Shown piece after piece: positions 9,687 through 18,868 of a DNA stretch of 53,565 nt. This stretch comes from Limisphaerales bacterium (GTDB taxonomy: Bacteria > Verrucomicrobiota > Verrucomicrobiia > Limisphaerales > SIBE01). The position numbers and the translations under genes are program-made. The stretch is from contig JBGAIN010000036.1 in NCBI GenBank assembly GCA_044225505.1, positions 1 to 53,565 on the forward strand, written 5' to 3'. Numbering within the stretch: position 1 is the first letter of the stretch; each line of letters opens with the position of its first letter. The notes beneath the pieces are model-generated. The model searched no databases, was not told the DNA's origin, and saw only the letters and a list, made by a program, of their open reading frames with translations.

Positions 9687-10724
9687 CTACTTCACCGAAA
9701 CCGTCTTGCTCGAACCTTTGATACGCTCTTTATCGGAAAGCGCATTCAGAAATGTCGCGATGGATCTGGTCTCTTCCGCTGTCAGTTTCCTGCCTAACTG
9801 TAACCACGCCATCTTCTCGACAGCCGCTTCCAGCTGTGCGATTGCGCCGTCGTGAAAATAGGGAGCAGTCAGTCCGACGTTTCTGAGTGAGGGAACCTTG
9901 AACTTGAATTTATCGGAGTCATCCTTGGTGACGTCGAATCTCCCCAGATCGGCGGTATTCTCATAGGCATTCACCAAACCGACCTTCTGAAACGTCGTCG
10001 CCCCAACCAACGCACCATTATGGCAAGTAGTACACCCCACTTCCAGGAACGCGTTCAACCCGGCCATCTCGACTTGAGAAAGTGCGCGGTCGTTACCCTT
10101 GAAGAAATCGTCCACTCGATCTCGCGTCGTCAAAGTCCTCTCGAACGCAGCAATTGCCCGGGCGACGTTATCATAGCTTATCTTCTCGGGACTTCCTGGA
10201 AACGCTTTGTCGAACAGGGCGATGTATTCCTTATCCCCCGACAGACGGCGCAGAACCTCTTTCTCATTGGGCATCCCCATCTCGATCGGGTTCAAAATCG
10301 GACCTTTTGCCTGATCTTCCAACGTCGGCGCGCGCCCATCCCAGAACTGGCTGAAATGAAAACCCGCATTCAATACCGTCGGAGAATTTCGCCCCCCGCG
10401 TTTGCCGCCGGCGCCCGGAGATGTCCGTTCTCCATCCACTCCCGGCCGGCTTTGATCGACCGCATGGCAGGAATTACAGGACTGCGTTTCATTGACAGAG
10501 AGACGCTTCTCGAAATAGAGCTTACGCCCCAGCTCGATCTGAGCGGCTGTATCCATTTCGCTTCCTGGCATCTTATCAGGAAGCACGGCCAGGAATTCCA
10601 AGGCTTTCTTGCGGAGCTCAGCCGGTTTGACCGTTTCTGGACCGACCGGTTCTGACGCGCGCACTGGAGGAAGCGATAGCACCACAACGAGGGTCGCGAG
10701 ACCGAGATGGGGGTTGAATTTCAT
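9687..10724 (-). CDS. ccp: Bacterial diheme cytochrome c peroxidase (CCP/MauG family)
   Basis: Signal peptide, LGRKLYFEKRLS, CNSCH, RNSPTVLN, QFWDGRA, NPIEM, CTTCH, FKVPSLRNV..TAPYFHDG. Confidence 0.93.
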   Translation of the reverse strand: MKFNPHLGLATLVVVLSLPPVRASEPVGPETVKPAELRKKALEFLAVLPDKMPGSEMDTAAQIELGRKLYFEKRLSVNETQSCNSCHAVDQSRPGVDGERTSPGAGGKRGGRNSPTVLNAGFHFSQFWDGRAPTLEDQAKGPILNPIEMGMPNEKEVLRRLSGDKEYIALFDKAFPGSPEKISYDNVARAIAAFERTLTTRDRVDDFFKGNDRALSQVEMAGLNAFLEVGCTTCHNGALVGATTFQKVGLVNAYENTADLGRFDVTKDDSDKFKFKVPSLRNVGLTAPYFHDGAIAQLEAAVEKMAWLQLGRKLTAEETRSIATFLNALSDKERIKGSSKTVSVK

Positions 10725-11026
10725 AGGAATTGGGGCGTTTCAGTTTAAATACACGGGAACGACTAACTTATTGGTTAAACGTTCTAACGAAGGTTATCTT
10801 ATCCAAAAGCACGCCCCCAGCCAATCGAATTCTTACGCTACGCCCGAGAGGCACTCTTGAGTCATGAGAGCCGCCGGCGCGGCAAGACGTAACGCGCGCG
10901 CGCCCGGGTCGCACGCCCGCCTCAGCCCCGGTGGCGAAGAAACTAACAGGGAAACAGGTGCTTATCCTGAAAAAGCTCGATTCCTTGGCGAAACGACCAA
11001 CTTCACAATCGATGCCGGAGGCCTGA

Positions 11027-12946
11027 CTAGGGCGTCTCTTCGATGGTCGTTTCTCGATCGAACACCAACTGGCCAGGATCCAATTTCTGCACCTTGCCGC
11101 CCGGCCAGACAACCTCGGCACCGTCGACGCGTTCGTGTTGTCCCAAGCCGAACGTCAATGGAAGTTCTGACTGCGAGAGATAGCTCCGAGTGGGCATCAC
11201 TTGGCGGGAGAGAGTTTCGCCACCCAGTCGGACCTTGACCCAGGCGCCTATCGCGTCGCGGTTATTCTTCTTTCCAATCAGCTTCACGCGAAGCCAATGA
11301 TGACTGAGTTGTTGCTCGTTTCGGAGTAGCAACGGAGGACCGCCCACTTGAGTTAAAACGACGTCGAGATCCCCATCCCCATCGATGTCTGCGAAGGCCG
11401 ATCCGCGTCCGACGATGGGTTTAACAAGATCCACACCACACTTTTCCGTTGGGACAGGCAGGAAACACCCGGGTTGGCTCGGCCCGGCGTTCCAGAAGAG
11501 CTGAGCGGGTTGCGCGTAGTGCTGGCTTGCCTGGATCTTACTAATCTCCTCTTCCAGATGCCCGTTTGCTGTGAGCACATCCAAGCGTCCATCCAGATCG
11601 TAGTCAAAAAAGAAAATACCGAACTTCAGCAATAGCCGACTGGCCGGACCGATCCCCTCCGTGATAGCTTCGTCGGTAAAGATGGGAAATCCGCGGCGGG
11701 CTGGGGTCTCCTGCGAAACGTAAAGTGCGGTCATTTCGTTGGCAAAATTTCCGATGGCAATTCCAAGCGCCTGATCGTTCCGAAAGCAGCCAGAGTCGAT
11801 GCCCATGGCTCCACGGGTTTGGCCATTGCTGTCATAAGCCATGCCAGCCAAAGCTCCGATCTCCTTAAACGATCCGTTCTGTTGATTGTGAAATACGAAG
11901 TTTTGGACAGTATCATTAGCCACCACTAGGTCGATCCATCCATCGCCGTCCAAATCGACGGGAGCGACGCCTAATGATTTTGCTGCCGGAACTCCCGTGG
12001 CAGGATTCTTGACCGCGATGCCGCACTGGTCGGAGACATCGGTGAACTTCCCATTTCCATCGTTCCGGTAAAGATACGGAAAAGCTCCTTCGAAATTCAT
12101 CGGTTGTCCGTAAGCTCGACCGACGCCCACGAGCTTATAGCCAACTTCCAGATCGATTTCTTTGGACCAGCGCACATAGTTACACACGAACAGATCCAGC
12201 AGCCCATCGTTGTTGTAATCGATCCAAGCCGCACTGGTGCTCCATTGCTGCGGAACACCGCCCACTTTGGCTTCTTCGGTGACATCTCGGAAAGTTCCAT
12301 TGCCGTTATTATGGAAAAGGTGATTTTGGCCCACAGCCGTCAGGAACAGGTCCACATACCCGTCGTTATCATAATCTCCGGTCGCCGCACCCATTCCATA
12401 GAAGCTCACGTCCAAACCGGAACCGATCGTTGCATCTCGAAAATGGCCATCCCCTTCATTATGGTAGAGCGCCATGGTCGGAACCGTCCCACTGCGGCGA
12501 TGCCATGGCCAATCCGTCGAGTTGACAAAAAGCAAGTCTGGCCGGCCGTCTTTGTCATAATCCAAAAACGCCACACCGCCGCCCATGGTTTCTGGCAACA
12601 GCTTGTCGCCATAAGCGCCATTGTTATGCTCGAACACGATTCCACCGCTCGTCGTAACATTGCTGAACTTAGCCGTAGGAATCTCAGCGATGGTTTGAGC
12701 ACGCGTTGTTGGAGCAGTTAATTCGGTGAGTTGGGCCGGCACCGGCGCAGGCGGGCGGGTCATCCAGTAAACGATACCCACGCCGCCCAGAGCCAGAATG
12801 ACTAACGCCACAGCAGACCAACGAAACGCCTGACCGATCACGCGGTCGTCGTAATGCGCGAGCTCTTCCTCCTCGGGCTCCACTTCGGTCGGCACCGGCT
12901 GGTCAGTTGCGGATTTGCGGCGCGGATCTTCAGCGGGGCTTTTCAT
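11027..12946 (-). CDS. CRTAC1-like FG-GAP repeat protein with C-terminal ASPIC/UnbV domain and N-terminal TM anchor
   Basis: Repeated DYDNDG..DL motifs, ETMGGG, GRGSAFADIDGDGDLD, NRDAIGA, SYLSQSELPLTFGLG. ATGA overlap with the upstream gene. Confidence 0.9.
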   Translation of the reverse strand: MKSPAEDPRRKSATDQPVPTEVEPEEEELAHYDDRVIGQAFRWSAVALVILALGGVGIVYWMTRPPAPVPAQLTELTAPTTRAQTIAEIPTAKFSNVTTSGGIVFEHNNGAYGDKLLPETMGGGVAFLDYDKDGRPDLLFVNSTDWPWHRRSGTVPTMALYHNEGDGHFRDATIGSGLDVSFYGMGAATGDYDNDGYVDLFLTAVGQNHLFHNNGNGTFRDVTEEAKVGGVPQQWSTSAAWIDYNNDGLLDLFVCNYVRWSKEIDLEVGYKLVGVGRAYGQPMNFEGAFPYLYRNDGNGKFTDVSDQCGIAVKNPATGVPAAKSLGVAPVDLDGDGWIDLVVANDTVQNFVFHNQQNGSFKEIGALAGMAYDSNGQTRGAMGIDSGCFRNDQALGIAIGNFANEMTALYVSQETPARRGFPIFTDEAITEGIGPASRLLLKFGIFFFDYDLDGRLDVLTANGHLEEEISKIQASQHYAQPAQLFWNAGPSQPGCFLPVPTEKCGVDLVKPIVGRGSAFADIDGDGDLDVVLTQVGGPPLLLRNEQQLSHHWLRVKLIGKKNNRDAIGAWVKVRLGGETLSRQVMPTRSYLSQSELPLTFGLGQHERVDGAEVVWPGGKVQKLDPGQLVFDRETTIEETP

Positions 12947-15816
12947 GGGTGGGCAGGGGATGAAGCCGTCATGTGGGCGGGACTGAGCTCGGGAGCAGAC
13001 GTCCGTTGGAGCGGGTAGATCGTTATCGCCTGAGCCGCATGGTCTGCCGCAGGGTTATTGCGACGATGAATCGAGATGGCACGATCCGTCGCATTTGGAT
13101 CTGGACGGTAACGATCGTGCAATTTGCGGTGTTCTGCGGCACGTGTTTCATCGCCTAATTCCGAGTAAAGCAACATCAGGTTGTAATGGGCCATGACGTT
13201 CTCACTGTCCAGCGACAGCGTACGCTCAAACTGGGCGGCCGCACGCTCCAGCAACTCGCGGCGTCGGGTCGCTCTTTCCGGCCCTCGCTCCTGCTTGGCG
13301 CGTTCGAACAAGGTTTGTCCGAGCTCGTTAATGACATCGTAGTCCTTCCCGAAATCGAACCCGCGTGTTTGCAGTTCGGGATAGCGATCGTTCAGAATGC
13401 TCTGGAATTCCGAGATGGCTTTATCGAGATAACCGTTTTGTTTGTTCACTAGGCCGGTGAACCAAGCTACCACCCAGCGCGGTGCGGGTGGATCGAACTT
13501 AAGGGCGCGTTGCAGGGCGGCCACCGCTTCGTCCAACCGGCCTTCCTTAAAATAGACGCGCGCCAAATTCACAGCCCCATCAGCACGCCCGAGTCTTTCC
13601 ACCGCTTCGAACGCCGCGGCCGCTTGAATCAACTCGCCTTTCTCGCTCCCACGGTCGCCTTCCAGCAACAATCCGATCCCATAATCATTCCAGCGCTGCC
13701 ACTCAGGGATCGTCGACGGTGGATTCAGAAGCGTGGGATCATTCGTAGCGTCGGCGCCAAGTGCTCGCACGCGCAATCGCAAGCGATCTTGCGCAACAGT
13801 AGTGATCGGCAAGTCGTTCGTGATTGAGAAGGGCGCACCGGCAGTATAGTTGGTCCCCAGGACATAGTTCATGTAGATCGTATCAAACTTCCGATACTGC
13901 AGCTTTACTTCCACCTCAAGCTCAGGTCCGGCGTTCTCCGGAACCGTGAATTCATAGTGAACAACCTGGGCGGCTCCCGGAGCGATCTGGTGATTGTAAA
14001 GCGGGGTGAAAATATCTTGGGGATTACGCCGATCGATGCGCCGACCTTCACGATCGAGCATAAGGACATTCACAAAATGCGACCAGGGATCCACCTCACG
14101 ATGCGGTCCCATGCCCCCGCTGCGCCCCACAACTCGCGAATCACTCGATAGCTTAGCATCCACCCAAAGCTCGTTCGAATCTACGGTGCCCTGTGTCAAT
14201 GGATGTCCCAATTTCAAGGTGCGCAAGACCACCTCAAGCAAATACTTTTTCCCACGCTCAACCACTGGCGCTTGCGGTCGCAGTGGGCCGAGCAACGGAG
14301 CATCGATAGTCCCTCCCTCCTTGAGCCCAAATATGTCAACTCGCACCGTCCCCTTGAGAAACTCCTGATGGATGCGAACCGTGTTGGTGTCACCCCGCAG
14401 ATGGGGTACTCCGGTATTGGCAGAGGGGAAGAGGTGATTGTGAATGCTCAGGACACGATTGGTTGCACTGAAAAACCTCGCCCCGAAATCGTCCGACGCT
14501 TGTAGAGGCATATGGCAACCGTTGCAGTTCAACTGCGCTTTATCCGGGTAATAAAAACTGCTCGCTTTATGCCCGGAAACTCCGCTTAACAAATAACTAT
14601 CATAGTGATTCTGTCCGCGGAGGAACTCTTTATAATGATTTAGCTCGTAAGGAATGCTGACCTTGTGGCAGGTGGAACAAAACTCTGGAGTCTTGTGCAA
14701 ATCCTTGAGAAACGTTTTCTTATGGAATTCCGGCTTGGCTTTAACCAGCTGCTCGTTGACGAATTGAAGGACGCGATTACTGCTGAAAGCGAACGGATAG
14801 TGGACCGGTTCCTCAATGGTATAATCGGCGTTGCCGCGCGTGCTATTGACGTGGGTGATTGCGTGGCATGCGGTACAGGTAATGCCAGCCTGCGACGTAG
14901 GGTGTTTTTCCACGTCAAAATTGGGATCATCAAATGCGCCGCTAAAAAATGGCACCACATCGTGACACCCTGCGCACCACCGGGACGCCTTGACATTACC
15001 GTCGCGTTCTAGCGCCACTCGCCGCGTCTCGCGCACGCTAAACAGGTATGGTTGGTTGTTGAACGAGCTAAAATGATGGGCGCTGTGAAACCAGCCTTTA
15101 TACCCATCCTCGTGACATTTCAGACAGTAATCGTCCATCATTAACGTCTGGGCCGGGATGAAATTCCCGGTCGCAGTCCGCGCTAGCGAGGGCAAGAAAT
15201 ACTTCTCTCCGTCCTTTGGGCCGGCCACATTCCATTTCCTGGGATCTTGAGTATGCAATGCCACCATGGCCAATACGATGACGCCCAGGGCCGCCGCCCA
15301 GCCAAATCCCACCCGCCACCGTATCCGGGGACCAGCCAGTCGATGAAGAATATACAACCAGACGACCAAGACCGGCGTGATCACATGCGCCCAGTAGGAC
15401 ACCGATCGAACACTGGGATTCTTAATCTGGAAAAAGTCGAGCCGCATCAGGGCTATCCCAGAGAAGAGCAGGACCAAGCTCGCCACGAATAGTCCATAGC
15501 CAACGCGAACCGCGCGCCGATTCGGCCGGTCGTAGGAGTTCTTAATGTGAAGAATGCCGAAGAGAATGAATGGGACGACCAGCACGAGGCCCAGAATCAA
15601 GTGGGCCAAAAACATGAACTGGTAAAAATAGTTCTGGTAAGTTTCTTTTCGCAGCCATTCCAGGAAAGTAATGCTACCCAAATAAGCGGAATTCGCACCT
15701 AACACCGTCACTAACGCCAAGATGGCGAACAATAAGATCCGCAATCTCGGCCCCACCGCACGGACATATTTCTTTCTCCGCGGCGAACTACCCGCCGGAT
15801 TCGCTTGGTCGGTCAT
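12943..15816 (-). CDS. Membrane-anchored pentaheme c-type cytochrome with C-terminal TPR repeats
   Basis: About 5 N-terminal TM helices; five CxxCH motifs (CLKCH, CAGCH, CTACH, CSTCH, CNGCH); TPR-like helices (NLARVYFKEGRLDEA, AHYNLMLLY). Confidence 0.85.
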   Translation of the reverse strand: MTDQANPAGSSPRRKKYVRAVGPRLRILLFAILALVTVLGANSAYLGSITFLEWLRKETYQNYFYQFMFLAHLILGLVLVVPFILFGILHIKNSYDRPNRRAVRVGYGLFVASLVLLFSGIALMRLDFFQIKNPSVRSVSYWAHVITPVLVVWLYILHRLAGPRIRWRVGFGWAAALGVIVLAMVALHTQDPRKWNVAGPKDGEKYFLPSLARTATGNFIPAQTLMMDDYCLKCHEDGYKGWFHSAHHFSSFNNQPYLFSVRETRRVALERDGNVKASRWCAGCHDVVPFFSGAFDDPNFDVEKHPTSQAGITCTACHAITHVNSTRGNADYTIEEPVHYPFAFSSNRVLQFVNEQLVKAKPEFHKKTFLKDLHKTPEFCSTCHKVSIPYELNHYKEFLRGQNHYDSYLLSGVSGHKASSFYYPDKAQLNCNGCHMPLQASDDFGARFFSATNRVLSIHNHLFPSANTGVPHLRGDTNTVRIHQEFLKGTVRVDIFGLKEGGTIDAPLLGPLRPQAPVVERGKKYLLEVVLRTLKLGHPLTQGTVDSNELWVDAKLSSDSRVVGRSGGMGPHREVDPWSHFVNVLMLDREGRRIDRRNPQDIFTPLYNHQIAPGAAQVVHYEFTVPENAGPELEVEVKLQYRKFDTIYMNYVLGTNYTAGAPFSITNDLPITTVAQDRLRLRVRALGADATNDPTLLNPPSTIPEWQRWNDYGIGLLLEGDRGSEKGELIQAAAAFEAVERLGRADGAVNLARVYFKEGRLDEAVAALQRALKFDPPAPRWVVAWFTGLVNKQNGYLDKAISEFQSILNDRYPELQTRGFDFGKDYDVINELGQTLFERAKQERGPERATRRRELLERAAAQFERTLSLDSENVMAHYNLMLLYSELGDETRAAEHRKLHDRYRPDPNATDRAISIHRRNNPAADHAAQAITIYPLQRTSAPELSPAHMTASSPAHP

Positions 15817-16019
15817 GGGTTTTGATGGTTCAAAGTGGCTGGCATAAATGCACGCCGCAGCTCCGTCTGAACTGGTGCTATGCCCGCCAGTCTAATTCAG
15901 AGGAACGTGGACGCGGCCCCTCCTGTGGTAAGCCGTCCATTGCGCGGGGCAAAAGCCCACCCTTCAGGGGTGAACCGACCAAGCCAACTTTAAGCCCCAA
16001 GCTTCGTCGGAGGCCGTTA

Positions 16020-17861
16020 CTAAGGCTGGTGAACCATGGCTGCAGCCTCTAAACCCGACGCCCCCGGCTCATACCAGTCGCCTCGTAACCAATCAACCAC
16101 CAGACGAATCGCTTTCTCGTCCAGCACGCGGTCTTTGCCAAATGACGGCATCCGGTCGTTCCGCTTGCCATAGAACCGAGCATGAGTCGGATCTGAAACG
16201 AAACTGAAAAGCCATTCTCTTGACCCATAACCGGTGAGGTCCGGGGCACTCGCATCCTCATCAGGTTTGCGAAACTGATGGCACTCTGCGCAGCGTACCA
16301 GACCGTTGGCGATGAGAGAACGCCCTTCTTCAATCGAAGCAGCATCCTGCAGCTCAATCGCTCGTTGCGCTGGCAGGCCTGCTTCTGCCGAGAGCGCTGC
16401 AGTCACTTTGCGAAGCTTTTCTTTGTCTTCCGCCGCGGTTCCGGCCAAATCCCGATGGACGAATCTGGCCATCTTACCGTCACTGAACTTGGTTGCTCCG
16501 AAATACTGTGTCGAACTGATCCGATCGGGTGTGAGCAACCCAGCGATCCAATCACGGCTGGCAAACCCTTTTAGATCAGCGGCCGCGGGTGGATCTTTGG
16601 GAACTACGCCCGTACCGTCATGACCTCCGAACCGATGGCAACTTGCACAGTTTCTCGCAAATAGTTTTGGCCCCTGAGTGAAGGCATCCTCTCGCAACAA
16701 CGTCACCGCGCCAGTGACCGGTATTCCCATCGGACTACGAGCCAGAACTTTGACGCGATGTGCGTTGCGTTCGGCCTCTTGCACCGCGGTTGCATATTTG
16801 GCCTCGTGTTTGTCCTCCTGAACCGCCAGATACGTCAAAAGCCCAGCTCCAGCGAGCAAGGCAAAAGTCAGCCCGATATTGAACCGATGCCCTAATTGCC
16901 AGCGCCCGATGATCGGCATCAGAAATATGAGGCCGAAGATCATGCCCGGAATGACAACCGCTCCCCAAACCTCAGTTCCACTTGGAAAGAACTTAAGGAA
17001 TTGAAACAAGAACAGGAAATACCATTCGGGACGCGCCGCAGCATAGCTCTCGGATGGGTCCGCAGGAGCTCCAAGCTCTGCCCCAAGGTCCTCTCCTGTC
17101 CTGAAGATCCAAGGCTTCAAAACCAGGAACAGGACCGCCGCCATTACGGCCAAGCATGCCACGGCGTCTTTTAGAACCTGATCCGGCCAGAAGTAGGCGT
17201 CGGGTTTTCGCTTGGGAAGTTTTGCCGTTAAGCCATGTTTGCGGAACAAATAAATGTGGACCGCGACCAACAGGACGACGCTGGCGGGGAGAAATCCGGC
17301 ATGCAACGCAAAGAAGCGGGTGAGCGTGTGATGGCCGTAATCCGGCCCCCCAATAACAACGCGCTGAAGCGTTGGCCCAATCACGGGGACAATACCGGCA
17401 ATATTCGTCGCGACCTTCGTAGCCCAATACCCCTTTTGGTCCCAAGGCAGCAGGTAGCCTGTGAGAGACAGCCCAAGGACCAACTGGAGGAGGATCAGGC
17501 CAAACCAAAAGTTCATTTCACGGGGAGCGCGATAGGCACCATCGATGATGACTTGCATCAAGTGCAGCACCAGCAAGACATTCATTAATGAGGCAGTATG
17601 ATGATGAATTCCGCGCAGGAGCCATCCCCCGAACATTCCCTCCTGAATGAAATAGACACTTTCCCAAGCGGTTTGGGAGCTGGGGCTATAAGACATCCAC
17701 AAGCACAGCCCAGTTAAGAACTGCACGGCCAGGGCAAACGTTAAAGTGCTGCCCCAGACGTAACGCCAGCGTGCTCCACCAGGGACGCTCTCGTAGAGTG
17801 CATGATGAGCCACTGTCTTGTAGCCCGTTCGGTGATCTAGCCAGTCAAGCAGTTTTCTCAT
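16020..17861 (-). CDS. Cytochrome b of a Rieske/cytb complex, fused to a C-terminal diheme cytochrome c
   Basis: GWLLRGIHH, YRAPREMNFW, TGYLLPWDQKGYWA, TLTRFFALH, PEWY; C-terminal CASCH and CAECH with distal Met candidates (GKM, DRMP). Confidence 0.92.
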   Translation of the reverse strand: MRKLLDWLDHRTGYKTVAHHALYESVPGGARWRYVWGSTLTFALAVQFLTGLCLWMSYSPSSQTAWESVYFIQEGMFGGWLLRGIHHHTASLMNVLLVLHLMQVIIDGAYRAPREMNFWFGLILLQLVLGLSLTGYLLPWDQKGYWATKVATNIAGIVPVIGPTLQRVVIGGPDYGHHTLTRFFALHAGFLPASVVLLVAVHIYLFRKHGLTAKLPKRKPDAYFWPDQVLKDAVACLAVMAAVLFLVLKPWIFRTGEDLGAELGAPADPSESYAAARPEWYFLFLFQFLKFFPSGTEVWGAVVIPGMIFGLIFLMPIIGRWQLGHRFNIGLTFALLAGAGLLTYLAVQEDKHEAKYATAVQEAERNAHRVKVLARSPMGIPVTGAVTLLREDAFTQGPKLFARNCASCHRFGGHDGTGVVPKDPPAAADLKGFASRDWIAGLLTPDRISSTQYFGATKFSDGKMARFVHRDLAGTAAEDKEKLRKVTAALSAEAGLPAQRAIELQDAASIEEGRSLIANGLVRCAECHQFRKPDEDASAPDLTGYGSREWLFSFVSDPTHARFYGKRNDRMPSFGKDRVLDEKAIRLVVDWLRGDWYEPGASGLEAAAMVHQP

Positions 17862-18424
17862 GCCACCGGGATCTTCTTCTCGTGACCTGCCAGGTAGTTC
17901 TGGAATTTGACCCAGACTTCCGTGTCGCCGCGAATCTCAACTTCCAGTTCATCCAACCCGCGTGGGCTGGGACTTTTCGGGTCACTGATCTTGCCGTCTA
18001 AACCGAACATGCTGTTATGGCAGGGACATAGATAACCGTTACGTGCGGCAACGTAATCTACGAAGCAGCCGGCGTGGGGGCAAACCACGTTGAACGCTTG
18101 CACTGTTTTGGGACCGGTGCGACGCAGATACACGGCGCCAACAGGGACAGATGGGTTCCGGTTCCAGGCATCCGCATGGCTCGCAGTGACGACAAACTTT
18201 CGCGGAAGCGCATCTTCTGGAAGGGACTGCAGGGAGGTGACGAGGATGGGTGTGTTCTGCTCCGCTTTCCGGCGCAACGGATCCAAGACCACTAACAATC
18301 CTGCCGTCGCAGGCACCGCCATGGCTAATGTCCCAAGGCAGACCGAAGCGGCTCCTTTCAAAAAGTCACGCCGATCAGCGGAATGCGCAGCCCCTGAATC
18401 TGCCGGAGAACGGTCCTGGTGCAT
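17858..18424 (-). CDS. Rieske [2Fe-2S] subunit, Tat-exported
   Basis: DRRDFLK Tat motif plus TM, box I CPHAGC, box II CPCHNSMF, SPSPRGLD. ATG at 18424; ATGA overlap with cytochrome b. Confidence 0.93.
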   Translation of the reverse strand: MHQDRSPADSGAAHSADRRDFLKGAASVCLGTLAMAVPATAGLLVVLDPLRRKAEQNTPILVTSLQSLPEDALPRKFVVTASHADAWNRNPSVPVGAVYLRRTGPKTVQAFNVVCPHAGCFVDYVAARNGYLCPCHNSMFGLDGKISDPKSPSPRGLDELEVEIRGDTEVWVKFQNYLAGHEKKIPVA

Positions 18425-18868
18425 GGGCGTTGCTTTTACCGGCTTCGCTGGGGAGTGGAAACCAAAATCGTCAGACCACAGGCTTACGATGACCATTTCG
18501 GGGCGCGCTTGGGAACAAGCGCACCAATCGACGGGGGTGAGCACGCCGCGCCGTCAAGCCTTCGCAATCAACGGGTTGCCCGGTATATTCCACGGTTCGC
18601 ACGCTCCTTTCGGACCTTGTTAAAATTCGGTTTGGCGTCTGGAAAAAGCCCGGCCCCTCCTGAACCTAAGAACGTTTTTAGTTGGCTTGAGGCGATTTTA
18701 ATGCTTCTGTGATAGCTGAGTGTGCGCGGCCGAACCGTAGGCCCTGCGGATGACGTCAATGCTCAGAAACACGCTGTACCCGATCGCTGCCCTGCGCGGC
18801 AGTTCGAGCACTCCTCCCGTTTCTGATCCGCTTCGGCCTGTCCGGCATGATTGCCAAGAGAACGCTTT

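Noticed and set aside
18425..18868. Riboswitch or ncRNA in the long PFOR leader
   Set aside because: I could not recognise TPP, cobalamin or other conserved aptamer motifs by eye; an Rfam/Infernal scan would be needed.
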